Translations under genes and position numbers: made by a program | Notes under the pieces: generated by a model | What the model was told of the DNA's origin: nothing | Seen by the model: only the letters and a program-made list of their open reading frames with translations | Databases searched by the model: none | Shown: in pieces, positions 44,665 through 54,757 of the stretch | How positions within the stretch are numbered: position 1 is the stretch's first letter | How the letters are laid out: the number at the start of each line of letters is the position of its first letter | DNA from: Candidatus Daviesbacteria bacterium | GTDB taxonomy: Bacteria > Patescibacteriota > Microgenomatia > Daviesbacterales > UBA10151 | NCBI GenBank assembly: GCA_016176465.1 | Contig: JACOXD010000004.1 | Span: 50,119 to 114,118 of the forward strand | Reading direction: 5' to 3' | DNA length: 64,000 nt

Positions 44665-45051
44665 ATGGCAGTAGCAAATTTTCTTTCTCCCCAAAAAATT
44701 ATAGAAACAAAAACAGTTGAGGTTTTAAAAAATCCTCAAACTTGGCAAAAGCAAGCAACCCAAGAAGTAAGAGAGGACTTCTCTGAGTTAGATAAATTAA
44801 GGTTTAAAGATATAGATTGGAGGCTAAAAAATAGAGAAAACTTTAGAAAATTTTTAATGGGACTTTTGATTTTTCAAAATGTTGCTGTGTTTTTAATAGT
44901 AGGACTAGCAGTTTGGTTTGATAAAGTAAAAGGTTTAGAGTTAATCTTTGCAACATTAATTGGTGGAACCTTGCTAGAGACAGCTGGGTTAATTCTAATA
45001 ATTATTAAGTGGTTATTTTCAGAAATATCTTATAAGGGTAAAAACTTTTAA
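44665..45051 (+). CDS. Membrane protein (2 C-terminal TMs) translationally coupled to the ImmA-like gene
   Basis: 2-nt gap from the upstream gene; hydrophobic C-terminal half. Confidence 0.35.
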   Translation: MAVANFLSPQKIIETKTVEVLKNPQTWQKQATQEVREDFSELDKLRFKDIDWRLKNRENFRKFLMGLLIFQNVAVFLIVGLAVWFDKVKGLELIFATLIGGTLLETAGLILIIIKWLFSEISYKGKNF

Positions 45052-46043
45052 GAGGAGTCTCTTAATGTAAGACTTCCTGTTGGTATACTGTCTCTCCAAG
45101 ATTCAAATCTACCTCTGGGAGTATGTTCAGCTATAATCATAAGTCTATCTGTCATTCTCCCTAATTGACCAATGCCTAAAGGTGTAACAAATTGACGTGC
45201 ACTCACTATCGCAAACCTATTTGCTTCTAAAGTATCTAGAACATCTCCCGAGTTTACATCGCCAATCTCTATTGTTTCTCCTGTTTCAACTTTCTTAATA
45301 GTCATTGGATTATTATGGATAACTAAATATAGTCTACCCAACCCATTAGGATTTATGACTCGAGCCATCTCTGAAATAGCCCTTTGCCACTCAGGTACCC
45401 ATTGCAAAGAATTATTACAAATAATTTGATCAAAGGTACCATTAGGGTATCTTAAAGAAGTCATGTCACCTGTTTTAGCTTCTATATTCCTTTCTACACC
45501 CGCAGCGGCAATCACTTTTTTATTAAAAGTCGTCATCTCAGGTGCATAATCTACACAGGTAATTCTTACTCGACCTCCATGTTGTTCTTGAAAAAAGACT
45601 CCTAGATAAGCTTCATATAATCCTGGTCCAGCTCCGAGACTTGCCCATCTTTCTGGTTTTGTAGCACTTTGAAAACGCATATGATAAAGAAGAGATTCCA
45701 TGGTAAGTGAGTAGGTTGCTCTAGACTCAATTCTTGCCCACTGTCCCGCTCTTAGGTTCCATACATTTAGCAAAAATATTTTGGGATCCTTCCCTGGATC
45801 AGGTTCAGAAGGAACCATTATTGCAGAAGATACTGCTTCTGGATTAGGATCAATCTGTCTTAGAATTGATTCAATAAACTGAAGGAACATTTTCCCATGC
45901 ATCTGGGCTAGAGATAAGCGTCGTGGATCAAGTTGAGTCAGGGCTTGTACTCCTAATCTAAATTCTTCTGCAGCTCGAGAGACATCTGCCTTAGTAAGGG
46001 CCCCAAAATTAACATTTATTCCTGGTCTAGTCTCATCTACCAT
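45048..46043 (-). CDS. Class I SAM-dependent methyltransferase (higher GC than its neighbours)
   Basis: Motif I SLGAGPGLYEAYLG, ICNNSLQWVP; about 43-45% GC. Confidence 0.55.
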   Translation of the reverse strand: MVDETRPGINVNFGALTKADVSRAAEEFRLGVQALTQLDPRRLSLAQMHGKMFLQFIESILRQIDPNPEAVSSAIMVPSEPDPGKDPKIFLLNVWNLRAGQWARIESRATYSLTMESLLYHMRFQSATKPERWASLGAGPGLYEAYLGVFFQEQHGGRVRITCVDYAPEMTTFNKKVIAAAGVERNIEAKTGDMTSLRYPNGTFDQIICNNSLQWVPEWQRAISEMARVINPNGLGRLYLVIHNNPMTIKKVETGETIEIGDVNSGDVLDTLEANRFAIVSARQFVTPLGIGQLGRMTDRLMIIAEHTPRGRFESWRDSIPTGSLTLRDSS

Positions 46044-46120
46044 CAGCGAATTATAGGGTATATTTAAATTGGCGTCAAATCTAACTTTTTAAAATACTCG
46101 AGTGCCCCTGGAAATTTAGA

Positions 46121-46441
46121 CTATTTTTTAATTGAATGGGCTACCATAGAACCTGACTTAATTTTACTTAGGATTTCATTTATATCCTCGTGCTCTTGGC
46201 TGTGAGCTGCTTGCTCTTCTCTGATAGTCTTTAATTCACCAATTACTTTATCTAATCTGTCATAAGTCCCATTTTTAAACTCCCCCAGCTCCTCTTTAGT
46301 GGCATATTTTTGTAGCTCATATTTCAATTCATCCTTTGAGGTAAAAAAATTAGTTATTTCTTCTTTGGTAAAATAGTTTTCTAAGTCTTGTTTAGTAGCT
46401 AAAACTTTTAGCAGTTTTTTAATATCTTGATCAGTTAACAT
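46121..46441 (-). CDS. Coiled-coil hypothetical protein
   Basis: 106 aa, Lys/Glu-rich heptads. Confidence 0.3.
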   Translation of the reverse strand: MLTDQDIKKLLKVLATKQDLENYFTKEEITNFFTSKDELKYELQKYATKEELGEFKNGTYDRLDKVIGELKTIREEQAAHSQEHEDINEILSKIKSGSMVAHSIKK

Positions 46442-46495
46442 AGATTTAATTTTATCACAGAAAGATTACTTGACAGCTCAACTAAAATATAAGGT

Positions 46496-46888
46496 ATGAA
46501 TACTCAAAATGTTATTGATAAATTTAGAGGCAAAATTTTGGGAAATCAGGCAACTAAGAAAATTATTGCTGAAACTTTACTTTTACTTCCAGAGAAAACT
46601 ATAGAGGATTTATCTAAACATGTTTGGTTTATGTCCTCTTTTGATGATGCCTGGGCATATACTTTTAGAGGGAATGATCTAAAAGGGAAAAAGATGATCT
46701 TTTTATCTGATGAGTTATTATCTCAAGATAAAGAATCTATTCAGTTCACTATCCTCCATGAAGTAGGACATGTAGTTTTAAACCATAGAAATTCAATTAA
46801 CTTTAGACAAACTAGAGAAGAGGTTAACAAACAAGAGCAAGAAGCAGATAAATTTGCTTTTAGATACTTAAACCAATCTTTTCTCTAG
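46496..46888 (+). CDS. Second ImmA/IrrE-family (DUF955) metallopeptidase
   Basis: ILHEVGHVVLNH, EQEADKFAFRYLN. Confidence 0.6.
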   Translation: MNTQNVIDKFRGKILGNQATKKIIAETLLLLPEKTIEDLSKHVWFMSSFDDAWAYTFRGNDLKGKKMIFLSDELLSQDKESIQFTILHEVGHVVLNHRNSINFRQTREEVNKQEQEADKFAFRYLNQSFL

Positions 46889-47401
46889 CTCTTCTACTGT
46901 TTGTTCTACAGTTAAATTAGAATTGTCTATAACAACTTCTTCTTTGTCTTTCCACGACTCCATCATCTCGTAAATAGTTTTAACCATCTCATCGCTTAGT
47001 TTTTCTTCCCCCTCTCTTAAAAAGTTTCTTCTTATTAGCGCATCAAACGATGGCATAAGTACAACAACTTTCATAGCAACAGGCCCCAATACTTGCTTCC
47101 AGTTATCTAGCCCTGCCTCTTCCCACTCTGGAAAAACAGCATCATCTATAACACAGTTATATCCTTCAGCTAGGTAAATCTTCACAACTTCTGCACAGGA
47201 TTTTTGAGCTAAACTCAATTGCCTTTTAGTTTCTTCACTCCATCCTTCTTGAGGATCTACAAGTCCTGACTTCACGAAATATCTAAATTGGTCTAAAGAG
47301 AGATGAATTGTTGGAATCTTCTGTTTTTTAGCCCAAGAATCTGCAACCGAACTTTTTCCAGCTCCAGCAGGTCCAGTGATTAACAAAATAAAATTATTCA
47401 C
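46868..47401 (-). CDS. P-loop kinase-like NTPase (AAA_33/CPT-like)
   Basis: Walker A ITGPAGAGKSS, 177 aa. Confidence 0.5.
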   Translation of the reverse strand: MNNFILLITGPAGAGKSSVADSWAKKQKIPTIHLSLDQFRYFVKSGLVDPQEGWSEETKRQLSLAQKSCAEVVKIYLAEGYNCVIDDAVFPEWEEAGLDNWKQVLGPVAMKVVVLMPSFDALIRRNFLREGEEKLSDEMVKTIYEMMESWKDKEEVVIDNSNLTVEQTVEELEKRLV

Positions 47402-49209
47402 TAACTTTTAAGTATACTTAAAAAGGCCTCTTGTGGTATCTCCACGTTGCCTATCATTTTCATCTTTTTCTTTCCCTTTTTTTGTTTTTCCAAAAGTTTA
47501 TCTTTTCTTGTTCTATCTCCACCATATAATTTTTGAGTCACATCTTTTCTGAAAGGAGAGATTGTTTCACGAGCAATAATTTTTCCACCAATTGCAGCCT
47601 GAAGTGCTATAGCAAAATTTTGGCGAGGCAAAACTTCTTTTAGTTTTTCAACCATCCGCCGACCGGCGGATTCTGCTTTCTGTCTATAAACTATTGTAGA
47701 AAGTGCATCTACTTTTTCTCCTCCTACTAAAAAATCAACTCTTACACCGTCAACTTCCCTAAAATCTATTAAGTTCCAATCTAAGGAAGCAAACCCAGAA
47801 GAGACTGATTTTAATTTGTCATAAAAATCTGTAATCATCTCAGATAAGGGCATTTCATAACTTAGCTGCACTTGTAAACCAAAATGCTGCATGTTTAAAA
47901 ACCGACCCCTCCTATCCTGGACTAATTCCATAACTGCTCCTATATATTGTTGTGGAACGAATATCTCAAGCTTAACCCATGGCTCTTTAAGGGGTCGTCC
48001 TGAGGAGTTTACCATTGAGGGATCTAATTCAGACGGATTATGTATCAATTTCCCATCCCAGAGATATTCCACACTTGGTGCTGTTGCTAGAAGATCTACA
48101 CTAAATTCTCCCTGTAATCTTTCCTGCACAACTTCAGCATGAAGCAATCCTAAAAACCCACATCTAAACCCAGCACCTAAGGCTGTTGAATTTTCCAGCT
48201 CATATGTAAAAGCTGGATCAGATAATCTGAATTTATCTAAGGCTTCTTTTATATCATGGTATTCATCCTGATCAATTGGATAGAGCCCTACAAAAACCAT
48301 TGGTTTTACATCTTTATAGCCAGGTAGCGCTGTTACACCTCCGAGGTGTGATGTTACGGTGTCACCTACTTTCACCAGGTCAGGAGTTTTTATTCCTGTT
48401 GCAACATAACCTATTTCCCCTGCTTTTAAGCTTTCTGATATGGAAAGTTTTGGAGAAAAATATCCTTTTTCTAAAACCTGTCCCTTTGCTTTTGTCCCAA
48501 GAAAATATATTTCTGATTGGTCTTTAGGAACTTCCCCTTCCATAATTCGGACACAAGCGATAACTCCTTTATATGCATCAAAAAAACAGTCGAACACAAG
48601 GGCGCGAAGAGGAAGGTGCAAAGCTAATCCACCTTCCAGGTGGTTTACGTTGACACCTGCGGATTTTGGAGGCGGAATACGCTCTATTATTGCTTTTAAT
48701 ATTTCTTCCACCCCCTGCCCTGTTTTTCCTGATGCTAAAATAATTTCTGATTCCAAAAAACCAAAAGTATCAGTTAATTCTTTTTTTACTTTTTCAACAT
48801 CAGCATTTGGCAAATCTACTTTGTTCACAACTGGAATTAAAGTTAGATTTTGCTCCAAAGCTGAGAGTCCATGAGACAAAGTTTGAGCTTGGATCCCTTG
48901 AGTTGCATCAACTAAAATCACTGCACCTTCAACTGCAGCTAAAGCACGAGAAACCTCATAAGAAAAATCCACGTGACCAGGAGTGTCAATTAGGTTTAGT
49001 ATATAGGGTATAGCATTTAGGGTATAGTTTAAACGCACAGGAGCAAGTTTTATAGTAATTCCCCGTTCTCTCTCAAGTGCTAAAGAATCCAAAAGTTGGG
49101 GTTCCATTTTATCTTTAGCAACAGTACCTGTTATTTCAATCAACCTATCTGATAAAGTTGATTTGCCATGATCTACATGTGCAATGATACTGAAATTGCG
49201 AATATTCAT
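47401..49209 (-). CDS. lepA: Elongation factor 4 (LepA)
   Basis: IAHVDHGKSTL, DTPGH, LepA C-terminal domain. Confidence 0.92.
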   Translation of the reverse strand: MNIRNFSIIAHVDHGKSTLSDRLIEITGTVAKDKMEPQLLDSLALERERGITIKLAPVRLNYTLNAIPYILNLIDTPGHVDFSYEVSRALAAVEGAVILVDATQGIQAQTLSHGLSALEQNLTLIPVVNKVDLPNADVEKVKKELTDTFGFLESEIILASGKTGQGVEEILKAIIERIPPPKSAGVNVNHLEGGLALHLPLRALVFDCFFDAYKGVIACVRIMEGEVPKDQSEIYFLGTKAKGQVLEKGYFSPKLSISESLKAGEIGYVATGIKTPDLVKVGDTVTSHLGGVTALPGYKDVKPMVFVGLYPIDQDEYHDIKEALDKFRLSDPAFTYELENSTALGAGFRCGFLGLLHAEVVQERLQGEFSVDLLATAPSVEYLWDGKLIHNPSELDPSMVNSSGRPLKEPWVKLEIFVPQQYIGAVMELVQDRRGRFLNMQHFGLQVQLSYEMPLSEMITDFYDKLKSVSSGFASLDWNLIDFREVDGVRVDFLVGGEKVDALSTIVYRQKAESAGRRMVEKLKEVLPRQNFAIALQAAIGGKIIARETISPFRKDVTQKLYGGDRTRKDKLLEKQKKGKKKMKMIGNVEIPQEAFLSILKS

Positions 49210-49217
49210 GGAGGATA

Positions 49218-50855
49218 TTATACTGCGCTAGTTTCATCAACTAGCTCTTCTGTTTTTAATTTTGTTTGGAATTTAGAAATCTTTTTAATTAGATTTACAA
49301 AGGTAGCAAGCTCTTCCACTTTTAGTAGCCAAACCAAAATTAAATAAATCCCTAAACCAAAGATAGATGCAATACCGGTTAGAATTAATAAATTAATAGT
49401 TTTAGTGGTATCAAAAACCAGCTGATCTAGTGCTTTTATAGGAATGTATAAAGCAATAGCAGAAACAATAGCGGCCAAAAGCATCTTAGAAGCCGGTGCA
49501 AATAAAGCCTGTCGGTCAAATCCCCCTACTTTTTGATGTAAGTAATAAATTAAAAGTAAAACAGAAATATTGGTTGCCACAGCTGAAGATAGTGCCAGTC
49601 CCCAAACGTCAAGATTGAAAAAATATACAACTAATAAATTTAAAACGATATTAATTAAAACTCCAATAAAAGAAACTAAAACAGGTGTCCTAATGTCTTT
49701 AAAAGCATAAAAACCGCGAACTAAAAGTAAAATTACAGATTGAGCGGCCAAACCTACTGCAAACCAAGCAACAGTCATCCCGGTTAAAACAGTATCATCC
49801 CAATCAAATTGTGAGGCTCCAAAAACTAATCTCACTGCCGGGATCCGCAAAACTATTAAAATTGCCGCCGCAGGTAAAGTTAAAAATAAAATCTGGTGCA
49901 TGGTTGTTAGAAGGGTTAATTTAAATGACTCAATCTCCCCTTTGGAGTGCTCCCTTGACAAAACAGGCAAAGCAGCTTGGGCTATTGTTGCACCAAATAA
50001 CCCAATAGGGACAGTGTATAGGTGTTGGGCAAAAGTTAAAAGGGTTACTGACTGGTAAGAGATAAGGGATGAAAGAGCAATAGCTACCCTATCTGATATT
50101 TGTTCAAAAACTAACCCTAAGTTCCGTAAACTCATCATTCTAATAATCTCTCTTACCCCGCTATTAAATAAATCTAAGGTAAGTTCATATTTAAATCCAA
50201 GAGATGAAATTAATGGCAGCTGGATTAAAGCATGCAAAATCGCTCCAATGACTACTCCGAAAGCAGGCCCCATAATTCCTAAGGGTTTTGATAAAAATAC
50301 TATCCCAAAAATAATACCTAAGTTATAAAAAAGTGGAGCGAGTGATGGAATTATAAAGCGCTGGTAACTTTGGGCCAAGGCTATAAAAAAAGAACCAATA
50401 AGCAATGCAATCTCAGCGAGTAATATTATTCTACTTATTGAATCTGTTAACTGCTTTTGCTCTCCACTAAATCCAGGCACTAATAAACTGTTTAAAGGAG
50501 CAACAAAAACAAAGGCTAACACTGATGCAAAAGTAAAAATAAGCAATGCCAAATTTAATGTTGTGGTCGCAAACTTAAATGCTTCCTCCTCACCTTTATG
50601 AGATATAAAATCAGTGAAAACTGGGATAAAAGCAAGGGACAGCGCCCCAAAAATTAATAGTTGAAAAATCAAATCAGGCAAAGAAAAAGCAGCTAAAAAA
50701 ATAGCAGCTGTTGAGGTATCAAAATTATGAACTAATAACCTATCTCTGATTAAGCCTAAAACTTTTGATGCAAAAACAGCAAACATCAAAATAGCAGCAC
50801 CTGATAAAATACTGTTTTGGCGCAGTGAGATTAAAGAAAGGAGTGATTTAACCAT
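49218..50855 (-). CDS. murJ: Lipid II flippase MurJ/MviN
   Basis: About 14 TMs, MOP-superfamily layout. Confidence 0.8.
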   Translation of the reverse strand: MVKSLLSLISLRQNSILSGAAILMFAVFASKVLGLIRDRLLVHNFDTSTAAIFLAAFSLPDLIFQLLIFGALSLAFIPVFTDFISHKGEEEAFKFATTTLNLALLIFTFASVLAFVFVAPLNSLLVPGFSGEQKQLTDSISRIILLAEIALLIGSFFIALAQSYQRFIIPSLAPLFYNLGIIFGIVFLSKPLGIMGPAFGVVIGAILHALIQLPLISSLGFKYELTLDLFNSGVREIIRMMSLRNLGLVFEQISDRVAIALSSLISYQSVTLLTFAQHLYTVPIGLFGATIAQAALPVLSREHSKGEIESFKLTLLTTMHQILFLTLPAAAILIVLRIPAVRLVFGASQFDWDDTVLTGMTVAWFAVGLAAQSVILLLVRGFYAFKDIRTPVLVSFIGVLINIVLNLLVVYFFNLDVWGLALSSAVATNISVLLLIYYLHQKVGGFDRQALFAPASKMLLAAIVSAIALYIPIKALDQLVFDTTKTINLLILTGIASIFGLGIYLILVWLLKVEELATFVNLIKKISKFQTKLKTEELVDETSAV

Positions 50856-51035
50856 ATGAAATTAAGTAAATATAATTCTAAGTCACAGGTAAGTTTTAAT
50901 CCATAGCTAATATTGTTGCAAGCTAATATAAAGCTATGATAAGATTCGCTCTGCCCTTGTCAAAATGCTCTCGCATTTTGCAAGCGATCTCGCAAGCAGA
51001 TTGTTATCTCAAGTTTTAAGGAGGCTTGTTCCGAT

Positions 51036-51395
51036 ATGCCTATAATACGTTCCGCAAAAAAGAAAATGCGCCAGGATAAAGTAAGAACTTTACGCAATCA
51101 AAATAAAAAATTAGCTTTAAAAAAGCTAATCAAATCTATGCGCAAAACTCCAAGCGCTAAATTACTAACTCAAATTTCATCAAGCTTGGATAAAGCAAGT
51201 AAAACTAATTTAATCCATGCTAATAAGGCATCACGATTGAAGTCAAGACTATCAAAATTGATAGCTCAGCCTTCTTTTGCGAACAAAAGTAAAGCCTCCA
51301 GGTTAAAATCCAGATTATCTAAACTAATTGTTTCTAAACCCAAAGCTCAAATCCTGGTTAAAACAGCCGCTAAAAAAACTTCTAAGAAGACTTAA
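51036..51395 (+). CDS. rpsT: 30S ribosomal protein S20 with a C-terminal tandem-repeat extension
   Basis: MPIIRSAKKKMRQDKVRTLRNQNKK; duplicated KASRLKSRLSKLI at 51226-51262 and 51291-51327. Confidence 0.75.
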   Translation: MPIIRSAKKKMRQDKVRTLRNQNKKLALKKLIKSMRKTPSAKLLTQISSSLDKASKTNLIHANKASRLKSRLSKLIAQPSFANKSKASRLKSRLSKLIVSKPKAQILVKTAAKKTSKKT

Positions 51396-51777
51396 AGTTC
51401 AAAGCTAGCGAGTTAATACAATATCTTTTCCTAGTTGCAGTTGGACCATCATCAAATAAATGCCCTAAGTGAGCTCCACAATTTTTACACAAAACCTCAA
51501 TTCTTTTCATCCCATGAGATAAATCCACCTTTAACTTCACTTTTTCATTTTCAGCTACTTTATCGAAAGAGGGCCAGCCTGTACCTGATTCAAATTTATC
51601 ATCTGATAAAAAAAGCTTCTCCCCGCAAACCACACACTGGTAAATCCCTCTTGCTTTATTATGAAGATACTTTCCGCTAAAAGGGGCCTCTGTTGATTTT
51701 AGGAAGCAAATTTCATATTGCTTTTGTGTTAAAGCTTTTTTCAACTCTTTTAAGTTTTTTCTTTTTACATAATCCAC
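51382..51777 (-). CDS. msrB: Peptide methionine-R-sulfoxide reductase MsrB
   Basis: CxxC plus RIEVLCKNCGAHLGHLFDDGP. Confidence 0.85.
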   Translation of the reverse strand: MDYVKRKNLKELKKALTQKQYEICFLKSTEAPFSGKYLHNKARGIYQCVVCGEKLFLSDDKFESGTGWPSFDKVAENEKVKLKVDLSHGMKRIEVLCKNCGAHLGHLFDDGPTATRKRYCINSLALNFKSS

Positions 51778-51820
51778 AACTTAATATTATACCAACGCTT
51801 TCACGCTGTATAATATTGAT

Positions 51821-52384
51821 ATGTTGGAATCTGCCCCAAAAATTAAACTTAATTTAAACCTGCTTTTCCCTCAAGGCATCCCGCAAAAGATTCATGTTAA
51901 ATTTTTAAAGTGGTTGCTTACATTTGGAAGATATATAGCAGTAGTTGTTGAGATTTTAGTATTAGCTACTTTTGCAGCAAGGTTTAAGTTTGATAGTGAC
52001 TTAGTTCATCTTAAAGAAGAAATTAACAAACATATCCCATTTATAGAAAGCCTAGCAACCCAAGAAGTTTTAATTAGAGAGACTCAATTTAAAATTGATG
52101 TTGGTAAAAAAACCTACAACTTAAACCCTAATATCTCTTTGATTGTAACTACAGTAGCCTCACTTACTCCAACAGGAATTAGGATTAGCAGTATGCATTT
52201 TGATAACAATTCAGGGAAGGTTAATCTTCCATTTAGGCTCGCAGGCAAAACAAATTCAAACAATGATTTGGCAGTTTTTTTAAGCAACTTAAAAAATGAT
52301 TCAACCTTTACTAATATTGATTTGGTTGGTTTGACTTTTGAACAAGGCGAGATGAACTTTTCTATTACCGGAAATGTTAAGTAA
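51821..52384 (+). CDS. PilN-like type IV pilus assembly protein (bitopic)
   Basis: Single TM followed by a periplasmic alpha/beta domain; sits next to a PilO-like gene. Confidence 0.4.
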   Translation: MLESAPKIKLNLNLLFPQGIPQKIHVKFLKWLLTFGRYIAVVVEILVLATFAARFKFDSDLVHLKEEINKHIPFIESLATQEVLIRETQFKIDVGKKTYNLNPNISLIVTTVASLTPTGIRISSMHFDNNSGKVNLPFRLAGKTNSNNDLAVFLSNLKNDSTFTNIDLVGLTFEQGEMNFSITGNVK

Positions 52385-52392
52385 CTAAAATT

Positions 52393-52989
52393 ATGGATGG
52401 ACGTTTTGGCAGATATTACACTTATATTAAGCCTGTTTTAAGAAACAGCTATGTCCGAACTTATAGTTCCCTGGTTTTTAGTTTAATAGCTATTGTATTT
52501 TTTGGCGTTTTTGCCATAAGGCCTACTCTTAAAACAATTTTTTCATTGCAAAAAGATATTGCTCAACAAGAGCAAGTTTTAAAGCAGCTGACGCAAAAAT
52601 CAACCAATCTTGAGCTAGGTAGACAAAATTATTTAAATTTAGATCTTGCTAGTTTGGAGGCTCTAGATCGATTGTTACCAAATAATGCTGCGCTTGCAGA
52701 TTTGATTGACGATCTCCAAACAACTGCTTTTGAAAATAATGCCTCCATTTCAGGACTGCAGTTTCAACCTATTGAGATAGAAAACTCATCCACAACAGTC
52801 GCCAAAACTAACGTCCAGGAAGTAGTTTTTACTATAAACATGCAAGGAAGTTATCAAGCACTGCTAAATGTATTAGATTCTCTTATCAACTTTCCCCGCT
52901 TAATCTCTTTAAGTACTGTCAGCCTTAATAAAATAGAGGGTGGTCCTTTGGTTTTATCAATTAATGGAAAAGCACTTTACTTAAAATGA
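52393..52989 (+). CDS. PilO-like type IV pilus assembly protein
   Basis: TM, coiled coil (QQEQVLKQLTQ) and C-terminal ferredoxin-like domain. Confidence 0.4.
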   Translation: MDGRFGRYYTYIKPVLRNSYVRTYSSLVFSLIAIVFFGVFAIRPTLKTIFSLQKDIAQQEQVLKQLTQKSTNLELGRQNYLNLDLASLEALDRLLPNNAALADLIDDLQTTAFENNASISGLQFQPIEIENSSTTVAKTNVQEVVFTINMQGSYQALLNVLDSLINFPRLISLSTVSLNKIEGGPLVLSINGKALYLK

Positions 52990-53222
52990 ACAAAAAAGAA
53001 TTACTTGTCTTAAGTTTAGTCACTTTTTTAGTTTTTATAGTCTGGATATCAACCGATATTTACAGAACAAAGTCTAATATTGAAATTTCACCCAAACTGC
53101 AACAAGCTCTAGAACCCCTTAATCCTAATTTTGATAAAACTTTTTTAGAACGGATTAAAAGTCAAAACTTAAATCAGTCAATAGATAATAATCCGGAAAG
53201 CAGCGATTCAGGAGAACTTTAA
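52986..53222 (+). CDS. Small bitopic membrane protein
   Basis: 78 aa, one TM helix. Confidence 0.3.
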   Translation: MNKKELLVLSLVTFLVFIVWISTDIYRTKSNIEISPKLQQALEPLNPNFDKTFLERIKSQNLNQSIDNNPESSDSGEL

Positions 53223-54121
53223 TGAATTCTAATCCTTTTATAAAAATACCTACCCTTCTTGGACTGACGCTTTTGGCTATTGCGCTAGGTATAGGAATTA
53301 TCCTTTTTCGCTATCATCAATATGTAACTTTTCAAACTAAAGCAGCTTTTGAACCCAAAAGTATTAAAATTGTCAATATTAGCGATTCTTCCGCCACAAT
53401 CACTTGGAATACTGATAATTTAACAACTGGCAAAGTTCTCTTTGGAGAAACACCAATGCTAGGTTTATCGCAAAAAGATGAGCGAGATTTGAAAACTACC
53501 TATCCAAGGTTAACCCATTTTGTAACATTAAAAAATTTAAGTAGTGAAAAAAATTATTATTTTCAAGTTTTAAATAATGAGTTTAGCTATCCTGATCAAG
53601 TTTTACAATTTAAAACTAATCCCAAAAATGAAAATCCTTCCCAGGCAAAATCCCATCTGGCAGTTTCCGGTTCGCTACTTTCTCAAAGAAAGCAATTAAT
53701 TGATGATGCCTTAGTTTTTTTGAAAATTCCCAGGCATGGAGATTTGGCTACTTTTATCACTCCCCTTGGTAATTTTATCATCACTGTTGATAATTTAAAT
53801 CTTGAATCAAAAACTGAAAGCTTACTTATTGCCTCTTCGGGTAACATAACCTCTCAAGTTAAAATAACTCTTTCCCAAAATAGCAAACCGCTTCCTCCTA
53901 TTGTTTTAGGAGAGGATGCCGATTTTAGCAATCTTCCGCAGTTAGATAATCCAAATTCAAGCAATTTAGATATTAATCTGGATGGATCAATTAATTCCCT
54001 AGATCTATCTTTAGTGTTAAACAATATTGGAAAACAAATAAAAAATCCCAGAGTTGATATTAATTTTGACGGAAAGGTTGATCAAAAGGATGTTGAGCTA
54101 ATTAAGCAAAAATTACGCTAA
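53222..54121 (+). CDS. Membrane-anchored protein with an Fn3-like domain and a C-terminal dockerin-like repeat pair
   Basis: SATITWNTDNLTTGKVLFG...YYFQV (Fn3-like); DINLDGSINSLDLSLVLNNIG...DINFDGKVDQKDVELIKQKL (dockerin type I-like). Confidence 0.45.
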   Translation: MNSNPFIKIPTLLGLTLLAIALGIGIILFRYHQYVTFQTKAAFEPKSIKIVNISDSSATITWNTDNLTTGKVLFGETPMLGLSQKDERDLKTTYPRLTHFVTLKNLSSEKNYYFQVLNNEFSYPDQVLQFKTNPKNENPSQAKSHLAVSGSLLSQRKQLIDDALVFLKIPRHGDLATFITPLGNFIITVDNLNLESKTESLLIASSGNITSQVKITLSQNSKPLPPIVLGEDADFSNLPQLDNPNSSNLDINLDGSINSLDLSLVLNNIGKQIKNPRVDINFDGKVDQKDVELIKQKLR

Positions 54122-54757
54122 AAATTTCCAGATTAAGCTTTGCAAAGCTAATCTTTCTTCAATTAATCCTTGTTTAATTTTATAATCTGTTATTAATATC
54201 TGATGATAAAAAAACTTAAGTTTTTCAAGGGGGAAATTTCTTTTTTGTTGTTCTATTTTTTTAAAGATAAAACTGGAAGTATTTTTAGGATTTAGAATTA
54301 ATCTTCTTAGCATATAAAAAAGCATTGTTAAAATATATTGGCAGTTTACTTCTTTGAGCAATATTTCAAACTCATCCATAGCTTTGGGATTTTTTTCTGA
54401 AAGCATGTTTAACAAAGGAAAAATAGTTATTTCTTTTTCTTCATTAATTTGGATTACTTGAATTTTTTTATTCATTAAAATTTTGCTAGAGGGTTTTTTT
54501 GAGAATTTTAAAATTAAGGTTAAAGAATCATCTATATCTAGTTGGTTTATATCCAAAGATTCATCAACATCCTCAACAATGACTAATCTTTTTTCAGAAA
54601 ATAAATCCATACTAGCTAGCTCTATTAACAACTTAGCTAATCCAATTTCTTCAAAATTAATTTCTTTGACGCTTAAGGGGTCAAAATCTTTTTTTATCTC
54701 ACTAATCTTTTTATTTAATGCCGCGAGGGCACTCCCATAAGCAACAATTATTTTCAT
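54113..54757 (-). CDS. DNA polymerase III delta subunit-like (HolA-like, short)
   Basis: N-terminal SMDLFSEKRLVIVEDVD resembles the HolA N-domain. Confidence 0.35.
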   Translation of the reverse strand: MKIIVAYGSALAALNKKISEIKKDFDPLSVKEINFEEIGLAKLLIELASMDLFSEKRLVIVEDVDESLDINQLDIDDSLTLILKFSKKPSSKILMNKKIQVIQINEEKEITIFPLLNMLSEKNPKAMDEFEILLKEVNCQYILTMLFYMLRRLILNPKNTSSFIFKKIEQQKRNFPLEKLKFFYHQILITDYKIKQGLIEERLALQSLIWKFLA

